In this document: in pieces, positions 1-8,927 of the stretch | How positions within the stretch are numbered: position 1 is the stretch's first letter | Layout: each line of letters starts with the position of its first letter | Origin: a virus | Taxonomy: Duplodnaviria > Caudoviricetes | Virus record (IMG/VR): IMGVR_UViG_3300043449_001054 | Span: 1-37,301 of that record | Strand: one strand, 5' to 3' | Length of the DNA stretch: 37,301 bases | Notes under the pieces: generated by a model | Seen by the model: the letters and a program-made list of their open reading frames with translations, nothing else | Database searches by the model: none | Told to the model about the DNA's origin: nothing | Translations under genes and position numbers: made by a program

Positions 1-108
1 AGCCTTGGGATTTCTGAAAGCGATCTTATGAGAATGGCTTTTCGTGTGCTTAGACAGAAGTTTATCGAAAACGGCCTGTTGAAAGATACAGGCGAATTGC
101 CGGAATAA
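1..108 (+). CDS. 3' end of a small ribbon-helix-helix (CopG/Arc-like) DNA-binding protein, truncated by the window edge
   Basis: Frame 1 reads SLGISESDLMRMAFRVLRQKFIENGLLKDTGELPE*. LGISxSDLxRxA is typical of RHH helices. Not in the ORF track. Confidence 0.55.
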   Translation, partial: SLGISESDLMRMAFRVLRQKFIENGLLKDTGELPE

Positions 109-856
109 CGCCGGTACAGAATTTATAGGCAACGCCACAGGCCTTAAAACAAGGGGCAAATCATAAAACGGACAACGATGGACAGCTCGGCGGGATAACC
201 AAGACGTGGGGGCTGACTTAAAAAGGAAACGCGCTACCAGGGGCATGTGACGAAGCGCGAATGTTGAAGAGTGGTCAGCAAGCGAAGGTAAATAGTTTGC
301 TGGTGGGTGCAGAACAGTCATGGGGCTCAACAAAGCCTAACTGCATCAGCTACCGATTGTTGTTTGGGTAGCTTCAGGGTGTGTTTGGAAGTTTTTTGCC
401 CTGTATCTCGCTGGGTGTGGTTTTGACCACCTTTGGGCGAGTTATGCCTTTTTTACCCTAGCAGGGAGAGTTGTTAGTAACAAACAACCTGCTAAGGATA
501 ACTAGAAGCACTAAGCAGTAGGTAATGCGCGCGTATGTGGGCGCGAACCAATTTAGCGAATTTTGGGATAGCCCGACGGGGCGAAAACTGGAAATCCTAG
601 CCAGCCTCCCAAAAACCTTTCTAGGACTGACATAGGAATCAGACGATGACGCCAAGTAAAGCAAGCAAAGCAGGGCAAGCGTATGAGCGTGGCTTTTTAG
701 CCGCACAAAACCATCTTGCAAAGGATTCAAACCCTTACAAATTAAGTTCCGTCATTCATTTGAAATGCTGGTGGGACAAAGGATTCGATGATTATCAACA
801 TCCTGCCAAGGATAAAAATTAACCGCCGTTTCTCGCACGGTCACATTAGCCCGAAA

Positions 857-920
857 TCCGCCCGGAGAATGGCGGACAACAAAAACCCCGGCAGCCGTGA
901 GAAGCAAACACCGGGGTTTT
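857..920 (+). promoter_or_regulatory. Two hairpins in the leader of the replication operon
   Basis: TCCGCC-N8-GGCGGA (857-876) and AAAACCCCGG (882-891) / CCGGGGTTTT (911-920), just before the GAGG RBS and ATG at 945. Confidence 0.45.
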
Positions 921-944
921 CAAAAAACAACGAGGAAATTATAA

Positions 945-1793
945 ATGAAAACCGCATTGATAGCGAATGAAAAAGCGATTGTTAGGGATATTTCAAAAGC
1001 ATTTCAGCGCATGGAAACGGCTAAGCGTGGTTATGTCTGCGCCGTCATTGAGCTGGGCGAAAAGCTGATTTTAGCAAAAGAAAAAGTGCCTCATGGTCAG
1101 TGGACGGCATGGTTAAAAGCGAACTCGGAGTTCGGTTTTGATGACCGTCAAGCGCAAAAATACATGATGGTTTCAAGCAATAAATTATTGGTTTTAGAGT
1201 ATTTCAGCGACGAAAACTCTGTCAATCAACTCACAAAAGCAATCGCAGACGCCACGCCTGAACAACTCGAAAAAGTAGAGCAGTTGAAGCGAGAAGCCGA
1301 AGAAAAAGCAGCGCAAGCAGAAGCCGAAAAAAAGCGCAAAGCGGCAGAGCTGGAAGCAAAACGAGTCGAAGAAGAAACACTTTCGAAGGTGCAAACAAAA
1401 GAGCCTGAAATTATAGAAGGCGAGTTTGAAGAAGTCAGCAAAGAAAAGCCGAAAGAACCTGCGGAAGACGTTAAGCCTGGATTTGTGCAGGTTGAGGCTG
1501 AACATTTAGAAGAACTGCAAGACCGCTATCACGAAACCATTTCGGTCAATGAGTCATTGACGAAAGAGATTGACAGTATCGTCAAGGTATTTGAGTCTAA
1601 CGACCAGTTGACAACTGCCGCCGCAGAAATAAAACGATTGACCGATACCAACACCGCGTTGGATAAACGCCTGCAAGGGCATTTGAATTCTTGGCAAAAC
1701 GAACGTCGCGAACTCATTGGAACGCTCAACGCATGGAAGCGCCGCGCTGAAAAAGCTGAAAAAAAGCTGGCGGAGTTGGGCCATGGCAAATGA
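945..1793 (+). CDS. DUF3102-type protein with long C-terminal coiled coil
   Basis: N-terminal ELGEKLILAKEKVPHGQWTAWL...AQKYM motif, E/K/A-rich coiled coil, RBS GAGG. Confidence 0.7.
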   Translation: MKTALIANEKAIVRDISKAFQRMETAKRGYVCAVIELGEKLILAKEKVPHGQWTAWLKANSEFGFDDRQAQKYMMVSSNKLLVLEYFSDENSVNQLTKAIADATPEQLEKVEQLKREAEEKAAQAEAEKKRKAAELEAKRVEEETLSKVQTKEPEIIEGEFEEVSKEKPKEPAEDVKPGFVQVEAEHLEELQDRYHETISVNESLTKEIDSIVKVFESNDQLTTAAAEIKRLTDTNTALDKRLQGHLNSWQNERRELIGTLNAWKRRAEKAEKKLAELGHGK

Positions 1794-3288
1794 GCTTACG
1801 TTATTTGACTATCAAGAGCCGATTGTTAGTGATTTGCAGGCAGGATTTGCCGCAGGCCATAGAGTACAAATGCTGGCATTAGCTACCGGTGGTGGCAAAA
1901 CCGAGGTCGCCGCTTATCTGATGAACCTTGCTGCTAATAAGGGCAATTGTTCGGCTATGGTAATGGATCGTCGAAAGCTGGTAGACCAAACTAGCATGAG
2001 ATTGGATAAATATGACATTGACCATGGTGTGATGATGGCGGGCCATTGGCGCTATCACACGTACAAATCAATTCAGATTTGCAGCACGCAAACATTAGAA
2101 GCCAAGCAATCACTGCCGAATACCAAGCTGATGATTGTTGATGAGGCTCATTCAAGCCGTTTGTTCATCAATGAATTCATCAAGGCAAATACCGATGTAA
2201 AAGTTATCGGGCTTTCAGCCACACCGTTTACAAAAGGCTTAGCAAACGTTTACACCAATGTTGTCAACGGCCCAACTTATGCCCAACTGATCGCCAGCAA
2301 GCGCCTTGTTCCTTTGCGTGTCTTTGTGGCAAAGCAGATTGACATGACCGGTGCCAAGAAAGTGGCCGGCGAGTGGTCACAGGCAGAAGCCACAGAGCGA
2401 GGCATCAAGATTACCGGCGACATAGTTTCTGAATGGATCAAAAAAACCCATGAAGTGTTTGGAGAGCCGAAAAAAACTATCGTGTTTTGCGCTGGTGTTG
2501 CTCACGGTGAGCAGTTGGTAAAAGAGTTTGCAGCGGCTGGATATAACTTCGTCAACATCAGCTACAAAGACGACGACGACGCAAAAGACGCGGCATTCGA
2601 GGAATTCAAAAAGCCAGATTCATCCATCCATGGATTGATTGCCACCGACATTTTGACAAAAGGTTTCGACCAGGGAGACGTATTGATAGGCGTTTCTGCC
2701 AGACCTTTTACCAAGTCATTTTCAAGCCATGTCCAACAGCTTGGACGAGTCATGCGTACAGGCGAAGGTAAAGAGTTTGCCTTATGGCTTGACCATTCCG
2801 GCAACTATCTCCGCTTTTTGGATGACTGGGAGGATTTGTATCACAACGGTGTCAAAGAGCTTGACGACGGCAAAGAAAAGCCAAAACCAGAGCCAACAGA
2901 GAAAGAGAAAGAAGCCGCATTGTGCAGCAACTGTGGCAATCCTTGGGGGCCAACCGATGCTTGTCAGCATTGCGGACATATCAGGCCGCGCCGTAACTCA
3001 GTCATTCAGTTGCCTGGAGAGTTGCAAGAAATCCGTATCGGTAACAGCAAAGTTAAAGCCGCTGACAACGCAAAACAGCTTTATGCCATGTGCTGCACCT
3101 ATGCCAGAGAACACAGCGCACCGGATAAGCAGCGCGGACGAGCAGCTCATATTTACAAGGACATTACCGGCGAATGGCCTCCTAGAGAATTCATTTTTGA
3201 TCGCACCCCGTCAGAACCTATAAGCCAGCCTGTTTATGGACGAATCCAGCGCAAAAACATCGCGTTTGCGAAAGGTCGTCGAGCATGA
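1783..3288 (+). CDS. Superfamily II (DEAD/DEAH, RadD/YejH-like) DNA helicase with Zn finger
   Basis: Motif I ATGGGKT, DEAH, LSATP, TKGFD, QQLGRVMR, CxxC..CxxC. Start moved to ATG 1783 (GGAG RBS, overlaps upstream stop). Confidence 0.92.
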   Translation: MANELTLFDYQEPIVSDLQAGFAAGHRVQMLALATGGGKTEVAAYLMNLAANKGNCSAMVMDRRKLVDQTSMRLDKYDIDHGVMMAGHWRYHTYKSIQICSTQTLEAKQSLPNTKLMIVDEAHSSRLFINEFIKANTDVKVIGLSATPFTKGLANVYTNVVNGPTYAQLIASKRLVPLRVFVAKQIDMTGAKKVAGEWSQAEATERGIKITGDIVSEWIKKTHEVFGEPKKTIVFCAGVAHGEQLVKEFAAAGYNFVNISYKDDDDAKDAAFEEFKKPDSSIHGLIATDILTKGFDQGDVLIGVSARPFTKSFSSHVQQLGRVMRTGEGKEFALWLDHSGNYLRFLDDWEDLYHNGVKELDDGKEKPKPEPTEKEKEAALCSNCGNPWGPTDACQHCGHIRPRRNSVIQLPGELQEIRIGNSKVKAADNAKQLYAMCCTYAREHSAPDKQRGRAAHIYKDITGEWPPREFIFDRTPSEPISQPVYGRIQRKNIAFAKGRRA

Positions 3289-4262
3289 GCGCTTTGGTTG
3301 ACATCAAGATTCAAGCGGCTGGGCGATGGGTATCGATTTTTCAAAGCCTGGGTATGGACTCGCGCTATTTCAGCGGCAAGCACCAATCCTGCCCATTGTG
3401 CGGTGACGGCAAAGATCGTTTTCGATTTAACCGCGCGACTGAGTATGCACATTGCAACCAGTGCGGCAGCAAAAGCCCCGTTGATTTAGCGATTGCTTGG
3501 CTATCCAAACCTTACATCGAGACGGTGCGAGAGATCCGCGCTGTTTTAGGAGACACACAAATGACGACTGTTCACCCCACAACCGATACCGCTAAGAACC
3601 AAGCCCGAATTGATGCGATTAAAGCCACGCTGAAACCGTTGAATGGTCGATGCGCGGCATCTCAATACTTAGCAAAGCGTGGTGTGACATCGATGCCAGA
3701 ACGAGATTGCTACTTTGCGCCAGCGGTGGATTATTGGGGAGAAGTGGACGGCAAGCTCATGAAGTCTACGTATCCGGCGATGGTGTCTATTTTTCGCAAT
3801 TTGGAAGGCAAAGGCGCAACTTTTCACATCACGTACCTCACACTGTCTGGCGAAAAGGCCAAGGTTGATCAGGCCAAAAAGGTGCTGCCGGTGGTGCTGC
3901 CGCTATCAGGATGTGCCATTCAGCTATTCAAGCCCACTGATGGGATATTGGCGATTGCCGAGGGTGTTGAGACTGCATTAGCGGTTCATCAGCTTGACGG
4001 CCTGCCGGTGTGGGCGAGTGGTAACGCGCAGCAAATGGCAACCCTGGAACTGCCACACTTAAAAGAGCTTTGGATTTATGCGGATAGTGATCCCAGTTTT
4101 ACCGGACAGTCTGCGGCCTATGCGTTAGCGAGACGCTACGCAGGCAAATTTAAGGTGCGCGTGAATACGTTGATCGAGCGTCAGTGGATTGTAGATTCGG
4201 GTGAGCGTTACGATTTTTTGGACTACGCGCAACAGACCTTCAGGACGCAACAAGCCGCTTGA
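3285..4262 (+). CDS. Phage primase (P4 alpha-type Zn-binding domain + Toprim)
   Basis: HQSCPLCGDGKDRFRF...CNQCG, YLAKRG, IAEGVETALA, YADSD. ATGA overlap with helicase. Confidence 0.88.
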   Translation: MSALVDIKIQAAGRWVSIFQSLGMDSRYFSGKHQSCPLCGDGKDRFRFNRATEYAHCNQCGSKSPVDLAIAWLSKPYIETVREIRAVLGDTQMTTVHPTTDTAKNQARIDAIKATLKPLNGRCAASQYLAKRGVTSMPERDCYFAPAVDYWGEVDGKLMKSTYPAMVSIFRNLEGKGATFHITYLTLSGEKAKVDQAKKVLPVVLPLSGCAIQLFKPTDGILAIAEGVETALAVHQLDGLPVWASGNAQQMATLELPHLKELWIYADSDPSFTGQSAAYALARRYAGKFKVRVNTLIERQWIVDSGERYDFLDYAQQTFRTQQAA

Positions 4263-4325
4263 GCGAGACGGTCATCAATTTGATGACGGCTTTTGACGCA
4301 AGGCTATTGAGCGCAAAGTTTAGCG

Positions 4326-4757
4326 ATGGCGACGTTTACCGTAAGAACTGAAATTGATCGAGATGCGGTGCTGGCAGTGGTTCGGGAATCCGTGCTGCCG
4401 CAACGTATCGAGGTTAAAGCCTACAAGAAAAACCGCTCTTTAGCGCAAAACAGATTGCTGCATATGTGGATGAAATGTCTTGCCGACCATTGGCATCAGT
4501 CAACCGGCGAACTGTTCTCGCCAGACGCTTGGAAGATACAGTGCAAGCGTCAGTTTCTAGGTGAGGAAGTGGTGGAGCTGCCTGGGGGAAAGCTGCTGGA
4601 GCAGGTACGCAAAACCAGTGAGTTGAACACGCAGGAATTTACTGATTTTTTAGAACAAATTGAGATTTGGGCGGCTGACGATTTGGAATGTTTGTTGCCC
4701 AGGCCCGATGAGTATTACGAAGCGATGAGATATGAGCGTATTGAGGAAAACGGCTAG
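4326..4757 (+). CDS. ninB: NinB/YbcN-family recombination protein
   Basis: KNRSLAQNRLLHMW...KTSELNTQEFTDFLEQIE. Confidence 0.8.
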   Translation: MATFTVRTEIDRDAVLAVVRESVLPQRIEVKAYKKNRSLAQNRLLHMWMKCLADHWHQSTGELFSPDAWKIQCKRQFLGEEVVELPGGKLLEQVRKTSELNTQEFTDFLEQIEIWAADDLECLLPRPDEYYEAMRYERIEENG

Positions 4758-5016
4758 AGGTCAGCAATGCATGGTCAGGATTCCAGGCATTTGCAATCAC
4801 AACCCAGAAACCACCGTACTGGCACACCTCAACGGCGGCGGCATGGGCAAAAAGCATCACGATTTATTCGGTGCGTTCTGCTGCTCTGACTGTCATAACG
4901 AAGTGGATCGTCGAACCATGAAGAAAGGAAAAGACTTTGTTGATATGTGCTTTTACGACGGCATACAGCGCACACAGCAATGGTGGCTTGATAACGGCTA
5001 CGTGACAACAAAATGA
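4732..5016 (+). CDS. DUF1364/YbcO-like putative nuclease
   Basis: LRKTARGQQCMVRIPGICNHNPETTVLAH...CSDCHNEVD. Confidence 0.85.
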   Translation: MSVLRKTARGQQCMVRIPGICNHNPETTVLAHLNGGGMGKKHHDLFGAFCCSDCHNEVDRRTMKKGKDFVDMCFYDGIQRTQQWWLDNGYVTTK

Positions 5017-5354
5017 ATAAATTCAGAAACCGCAAAACCGTCAGCGATGGCATGACGTTTGATTCAAAGAAAGAAGCTAAACGGTATCAGGAATTGCTGC
5101 TGTTAGAGCGTGGCAAAGAGATTTACAACCTGCAAACCCAAGTTAGGTTTGAGTTGCTGCCCAGTCAAAAGCTGGAAGGCAAGACGATAGAAAGACCCGT
5201 GCATTACGTGGCTGATTTCGTTTATCACCGAGCAAGCGATGATCGAATGGTCGTTGAGGATGTGAAAAGCGAAGCAACCCGAAAATCACCCTGTTATGTC
5301 CTGAAGCGAAAGCTAATGCTTTTCAGAGAAGGCATACAGATTCAAGAAATCTAA
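5013..5354 (+). CDS. DUF1064 family PD-(D/E)xK endonuclease
   Basis: NKFRNRKT..DGMTFDSKKEA..Y; YVADFVY; VVEDVKS. Confidence 0.85.
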   Translation: MNKFRNRKTVSDGMTFDSKKEAKRYQELLLLERGKEIYNLQTQVRFELLPSQKLEGKTIERPVHYVADFVYHRASDDRMVVEDVKSEATRKSPCYVLKRKLMLFREGIQIQEI

Positions 5355-5369
5355 TTGAGAAAAATAAGA

Positions 5370-5678
5370 ATGGCACATAAGACACATGATTTATCAGTAG
5401 TGATTGGCGAATACACCGACCGCGATGGCAATACGAAGAAACGGTATCAGAATGTTGGAGCGCTGATGCAGGGCGATAACGGGCCATTCATTATGTTAGC
5501 GAAATGGTTTAACCCTGCCGGGGTACCAGACAGCAGAGGCGGCGAGTCACTATTGATTTCATGCTTTGAGCCAAGACAGCAGCAAGGTGGTTACCAACAA
5601 CAGCCACAGCAAAGACAACCACAACGCCAAGCACCCAGACAAGAACAATACGACGCTGAAGCTGACATCCCATTCTGA
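5370..5678 (+). CDS. Putative single-stranded DNA-binding protein
   Basis: GEYTDRDGNTKKRYQNVG core, Q/P-rich linker, acidic C-terminus ending DIPF. ATG at 5370. Confidence 0.7.
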   Translation: MAHKTHDLSVVIGEYTDRDGNTKKRYQNVGALMQGDNGPFIMLAKWFNPAGVPDSRGGESLLISCFEPRQQQGGYQQQPQQRQPQRQAPRQEQYDAEADIPF

Positions 5679-5680
5679 CG

Positions 5681-5842
5681 ATGACTGATAGCGAATGGTT
5701 TTATCAACAAAGGCCTGATGCCACAGAGGATCAAGAAGATGCCTTTCTTGAGCGTGTGGCCATCATGCTGGAACACACGCCAAGCCCTTCATGGGGCCAG
5801 GTGGAATATGCACGTAAACGGGCGTTGGAGGGGATGAAATGA
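5681..5842 (+). CDS. Small hypothetical protein (53 aa)
   Basis: MTDSEWFYQQRPDATEDQEDAFLERVAIMLEH...ALEGMK*. Tightly packed, below the ORF-track cut-off. Confidence 0.6.
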   Translation: MTDSEWFYQQRPDATEDQEDAFLERVAIMLEHTPSPSWGQVEYARKRALEGMK

Positions 5843-5931
5843 ATCGATTACTTAGAGCATTACACGCAGCTTTACTGCTAACGCTTGGAGCGGCTGCGAT
5901 CTGGATTTGTTTAATGTTGGTGGCTTCATGA
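5839..5931 (+). CDS. 30-aa hydrophobic peptide
   Basis: MNRLLRALHAALLLTLGAAAIWICLMLVAS*. ATGA overlaps at both ends, GGAGG RBS. Confidence 0.5.
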   Translation: MNRLLRALHAALLLTLGAAAIWICLMLVAS

Positions 5932-6164
5932 AGCTGCCTTGGTTTTGGGGTGCTGTGATGGTGATCAATTTGATGATGATTTTGCTTTTTGTTGGAGTGA
6001 TGTTTGCATTATTGAGTATCAATGCACTTACCCAGGTTGCCGAAAGACAGTCGAAAGCAAAGAGCAGCCTTATTGCCAGCACGGACAAGCCCAGGTGGCT
6101 ATGCGGCGATCGGTCACCGTCACAGGCTCACGGTATGAGCCTAAGCCCGCGGCACGAAGTATGA
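5928..6164 (+). CDS. Hypothetical membrane protein
   Basis: ATGA-coupled start MKLPWFWG..., N-terminal hydrophobic helix. Confidence 0.45.
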   Translation: MKLPWFWGAVMVINLMMILLFVGVMFALLSINALTQVAERQSKAKSSLIASTDKPRWLCGDRSPSQAHGMSLSPRHEV

Positions 6165-6211
6165 AAGGGGCTTATTCAGAGTAAAACCTAAGCTGGCCGG
6201 GTAAGTGCCAG

Positions 6212-6318
6212 CACCATCAAGGATGTTGTCTATAAATCCGTAAAAAGATCAGGGCTGGTACACCATTTACCTCTCGCGGAAAGTAAATATAGACCTTTAG
6301 ACAACATCCTTGATGGTG
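6212..6318 (+). repeat. Perfect 21-bp inverted repeat
   Basis: CACCATCAAGGATGTTGTCTA (6212-6232) / TAGACAACATCCTTGATGGTG (6298-6318). Confidence 0.9.
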
Positions 6319-6458
6319 AATGCGTAGGCGATACGCGACCGTTAATCGAGAGAACGCAGGACGCTGCGTACGGTGGAGCTAATACGCTATCAGAAACAAA
6401 CTGACAAGGCGTTGCGGCAAATCTGGCCTATGCCGGGATCGCATCCGGCCACCGTCAA
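6310..6458 (+). ncRNA. tRNA-like / C4-antisense-like structured RNA
   Basis: Closing stem TTGATGGTG/CACCGTCAA (one G-U). D-like arm GCGTAGGCGATACGC and T-like arm GCCGGGATCGCATCCGGC have complementary loops (GCGAT/ATCGC). Confidence 0.55.
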
Positions 6459-6698
6459 CAAGTTCCCGCCGCCTGAGCGTTAGAAAGGCCGTGGCCGGAC
6501 GTTACCTATGCCTGCGGAAAGCATCAGCCAAAGTTAATGTGATGCGGGTGCGGCACCTAAATGCAAACGCCGACATGCGCTGGACCATGCAAGTCGTCAG
6601 TGTGGGTGATTCCCTGGAAATAACGAGTTGTAGGGTAGCCTTGCAACAGCTAGACAAATCAATCCAAGCCGTGAAGGAGTGGAAACCCGAAGGACGGC

Positions 6699-6844
6699 AC
6701 CATCAAGACAAGGCATTGGCAGGCACGACGCCGGTCAGTGGGTGCAGGCAAGGTAGGCACTATGGTCGCGACTAACCTACTTCCGGCCCTTAATCCCGGC
6801 ACTCTGTGCGGATCGCAACCGCAACAGTGTCTTGTCTTGATGGT
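6699..6844 (+). ncRNA. Second long-stem structured RNA
   Basis: 20-bp stem ACCATCAAGACAAGGCATTG/CAGTGTCTTGTCTTGATGGT is complete only with two G-U pairs on the + strand. Internal T-like hairpin TGCGGATCGCAACCGCA. Confidence 0.55.
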
Positions 6845-6929
6845 AAATGTCGCACGCTCACTCGCCAATGGCGGACAGAGGTAGCCGTATCGCCCGGCTT
6901 TTAATAGGCGACCTACTAACGGAGGATAA

Positions 6930-7463
6930 ATGACACTTAGCTATTTAGAACTGATTGAACTGATTGAAGACGGTGTGATTGACGCAGACATCAGCCAAGT
7001 GAATCCGACATCCATAGATGTGCGCTTAGGTGATCGCATCATCCTCGAGTCGACTATCAGCAATAAAGTCGTTGATTTGGCTGCAAGGGAAGTGTTCGAC
7101 GCCTACGAATTCACGATGGGGCCAGACGGCTATGCATTGGCGCCGGGTGAATTCATCCTGGCGCACACAATGGAAACCTTCAACCTGCCGAACGACATCA
7201 CGGCAGAATTCAAACTGAAATCGAGCGGGGCAAGGACCGGGCTTGAGAATGCTTTGGCCACATGGTGCGATCCTGGGTGGCATGGATCGAAACTGACGTT
7301 GGAGCTGAAAAACTTTCTGCGCTTCCAGTCTATCCGGTTACGTCCTGGTGACCGCATAGGGCAGATGGTGTTTAAACGCGTGACGCCTGTACCAGAAGAG
7401 CGCAGTTATGCCACTGTCGGACGGTACAACAATGATTCATCAGTGCAGGCGGTGAAGCTTTGA
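6930..7463 (+). CDS. dcd: dCTP deaminase
   Basis: QVNPTSIDVRLG, LAPGEFILAHT.E, KSSGAR.G, DPGWHG..LTLEL, RIGQMVF, GRY. GGAGG RBS. Confidence 0.93.
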   Translation: MTLSYLELIELIEDGVIDADISQVNPTSIDVRLGDRIILESTISNKVVDLAAREVFDAYEFTMGPDGYALAPGEFILAHTMETFNLPNDITAEFKLKSSGARTGLENALATWCDPGWHGSKLTLELKNFLRFQSIRLRPGDRIGQMVFKRVTPVPEERSYATVGRYNNDSSVQAVKL

Positions 7464-7651
7464 GCAAGCACGAAGATGAGGTTTGCCGCTTGATTCAAGT
7501 CAGGGCAGACATGGGGCTGTCTAAGTACGGCACCACCATGGAGCGTACCGACTTGAACGAAGTGGATTGGCTCAGACACGCACGGGATGAGGCGATGGAT
7601 TTGGCTGTTTACTTAACGAGGCTGATCGATGATAAAACCAAGACTCTTTAA
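7460..7651 (+). CDS. Small all-helical phage protein (possibly MazG-like nucleotide pyrophosphatase fold)
   Basis: R..MG.SKYGTT..R.DL...DWL.HA.DEAMDLAVYL pattern. TTGA-coupled to dcd. Confidence 0.6.
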   Translation: MSKHEDEVCRLIQVRADMGLSKYGTTMERTDLNEVDWLRHARDEAMDLAVYLTRLIDDKTKTL

Positions 7652-7770
7652 GCGCGGTGGGTTTTGGTACTGCCGGTGTGCTAAGTACGCTGGAATTGGC
7701 TGGCATTGGCAAACCGCTTGGCAAAATTGGTGCATACAAAGTGGTGTTGATTTATTAGAAAATCATAAAA

Positions 7771-7779
7771 TGCTAAAAT
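7771..7779 (+). promoter_or_regulatory. Putative extended -10 promoter (TG-n-TAAAAT) for the ART-like/terminase genes
   Basis: TGCTAAAAT in an AT-rich intergenic stretch ~30 nt upstream of ATG 7810. No well-spaced -35. Confidence 0.4.
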
Positions 7780-7809
7780 AGAGCTAGACAAATCAACTTA
7801 GGTGGCAAC

Positions 7810-8907
7810 ATGGGTTTGCTTAATTTGCTGAAAGAACAGAAAGACGCGGCACTGAATGACTATCAGGGGTTGCTGTCGGCTTATCCTAATGCAAATAAAT
7901 TCTTTAGTGGCTTGGTGCAGAATTTAGCCGCAGTAGCTCCACCTGATCCAAGAGACGCACAGGCAAGTCAAGCGTATGCAATCAATCGGGCGTTTGATAT
8001 ACCTGGCGGGTTTGGTGGGGCTATTGATGTGTGGCATGGCTCACCTCACAAATTTGATGCTTTTGACATGAGCAAGATTGGCACAGGCGAAGGGGCGCAA
8101 GCTTACGGGCATGGGCTTTACTTTGCTGAATCGCCTGATGTTGCAAGGGGCTATCAAGACAAACTATCTGCCGCTCAAGTGATCGACGACCAAACCGTAG
8201 ATGAAGGCATTAAAAATGCCAAACGAATGATGACTATGTGGGGCGATGGCGATCAAGCAAAAAGCTATATGCAAAGGGTTTATGGTTACGACGAAAATCA
8301 AGCTGAAACGTTAATGCAGAAAGCAAGAGAGAATCACGCAGGCAACCTCTACAAAACCTCCCTGCAATGGCCAGACGCTTCAAGAGAAGCAACCGACCCA
8401 CTAGGGCCGCAACACTTTCTGGATTGGGATAAACCGCTGAGTGAGCAGCCTGAGATTGCAAAATTGCTTGGCGATGATGGCATTAATTCATTGTCAAAAG
8501 GCTATGAAACATACAAATTAATTGAACAATTAGCAAGAGAATCAAAGCCTGATAAAGATTTAAAATCATTTCAATCAAGGAATGAAGCTGTTGATTTTTT
8601 TAATAAGTCTTTGCAAAGCTGGAAAAAAACAGGGTTAGGGGACACTTTCAAGCCAACTGCAAAAACTATTGACAAATTATATGCAGTTGAATATCCAGTT
8701 TTGAGCAAATACAACAAAAGTGGTTCTGGGCCAGTAGAAGACGCAAGCGCTTATTTAAAAGAACTAGGCATTCCAGGCATTCGCTACCTAGATGGCGGAA
8801 GTCGTGGTGCGGGTGAAGGTTCATACAATTACGTTGTATTCGATGACCAAGTCCCAAAGATATTAGAACGCAATGGTAAGGGCTTGTTAAAAAGCTTTAC
8901 AAAATAG
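7810..8907 (+). CDS. ADP-ribosyltransferase-like protein (ART-PolyVal-type domain of phage polyvalent proteins)
   Basis: VWHGSPHKFDAFDMSKIGTGEGAQAYGHGLYFAESPDVA...GNLYK...LGIPGIRYLD...NYVVFD. Confidence 0.65.
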   Translation: MGLLNLLKEQKDAALNDYQGLLSAYPNANKFFSGLVQNLAAVAPPDPRDAQASQAYAINRAFDIPGGFGGAIDVWHGSPHKFDAFDMSKIGTGEGAQAYGHGLYFAESPDVARGYQDKLSAAQVIDDQTVDEGIKNAKRMMTMWGDGDQAKSYMQRVYGYDENQAETLMQKARENHAGNLYKTSLQWPDASREATDPLGPQHFLDWDKPLSEQPEIAKLLGDDGINSLSKGYETYKLIEQLARESKPDKDLKSFQSRNEAVDFFNKSLQSWKKTGLGDTFKPTAKTIDKLYAVEYPVLSKYNKSGSGPVEDASAYLKELGIPGIRYLDGGSRGAGEGSYNYVVFDDQVPKILERNGKGLLKSFTK

Positions 8908-8927
8908 AAAAAGTAGGTTTCTTTACG

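Noticed and set aside
458-970. ORFs 458-730 (-) and 788-970 (+)
   Set aside because: No recognisable motifs or RBS. The first is antisense to the operon, and both overlap hairpin-rich sequence.
6190-6920. True tRNA genes, and the ORFs 6491-6775 and 6659-6868
   Set aside because: There is no GTTCRANYC T-loop with a 7-bp acceptor and proper anticodon arm. The ORFs lack an RBS or protein-like features and overlap strong RNA stems.
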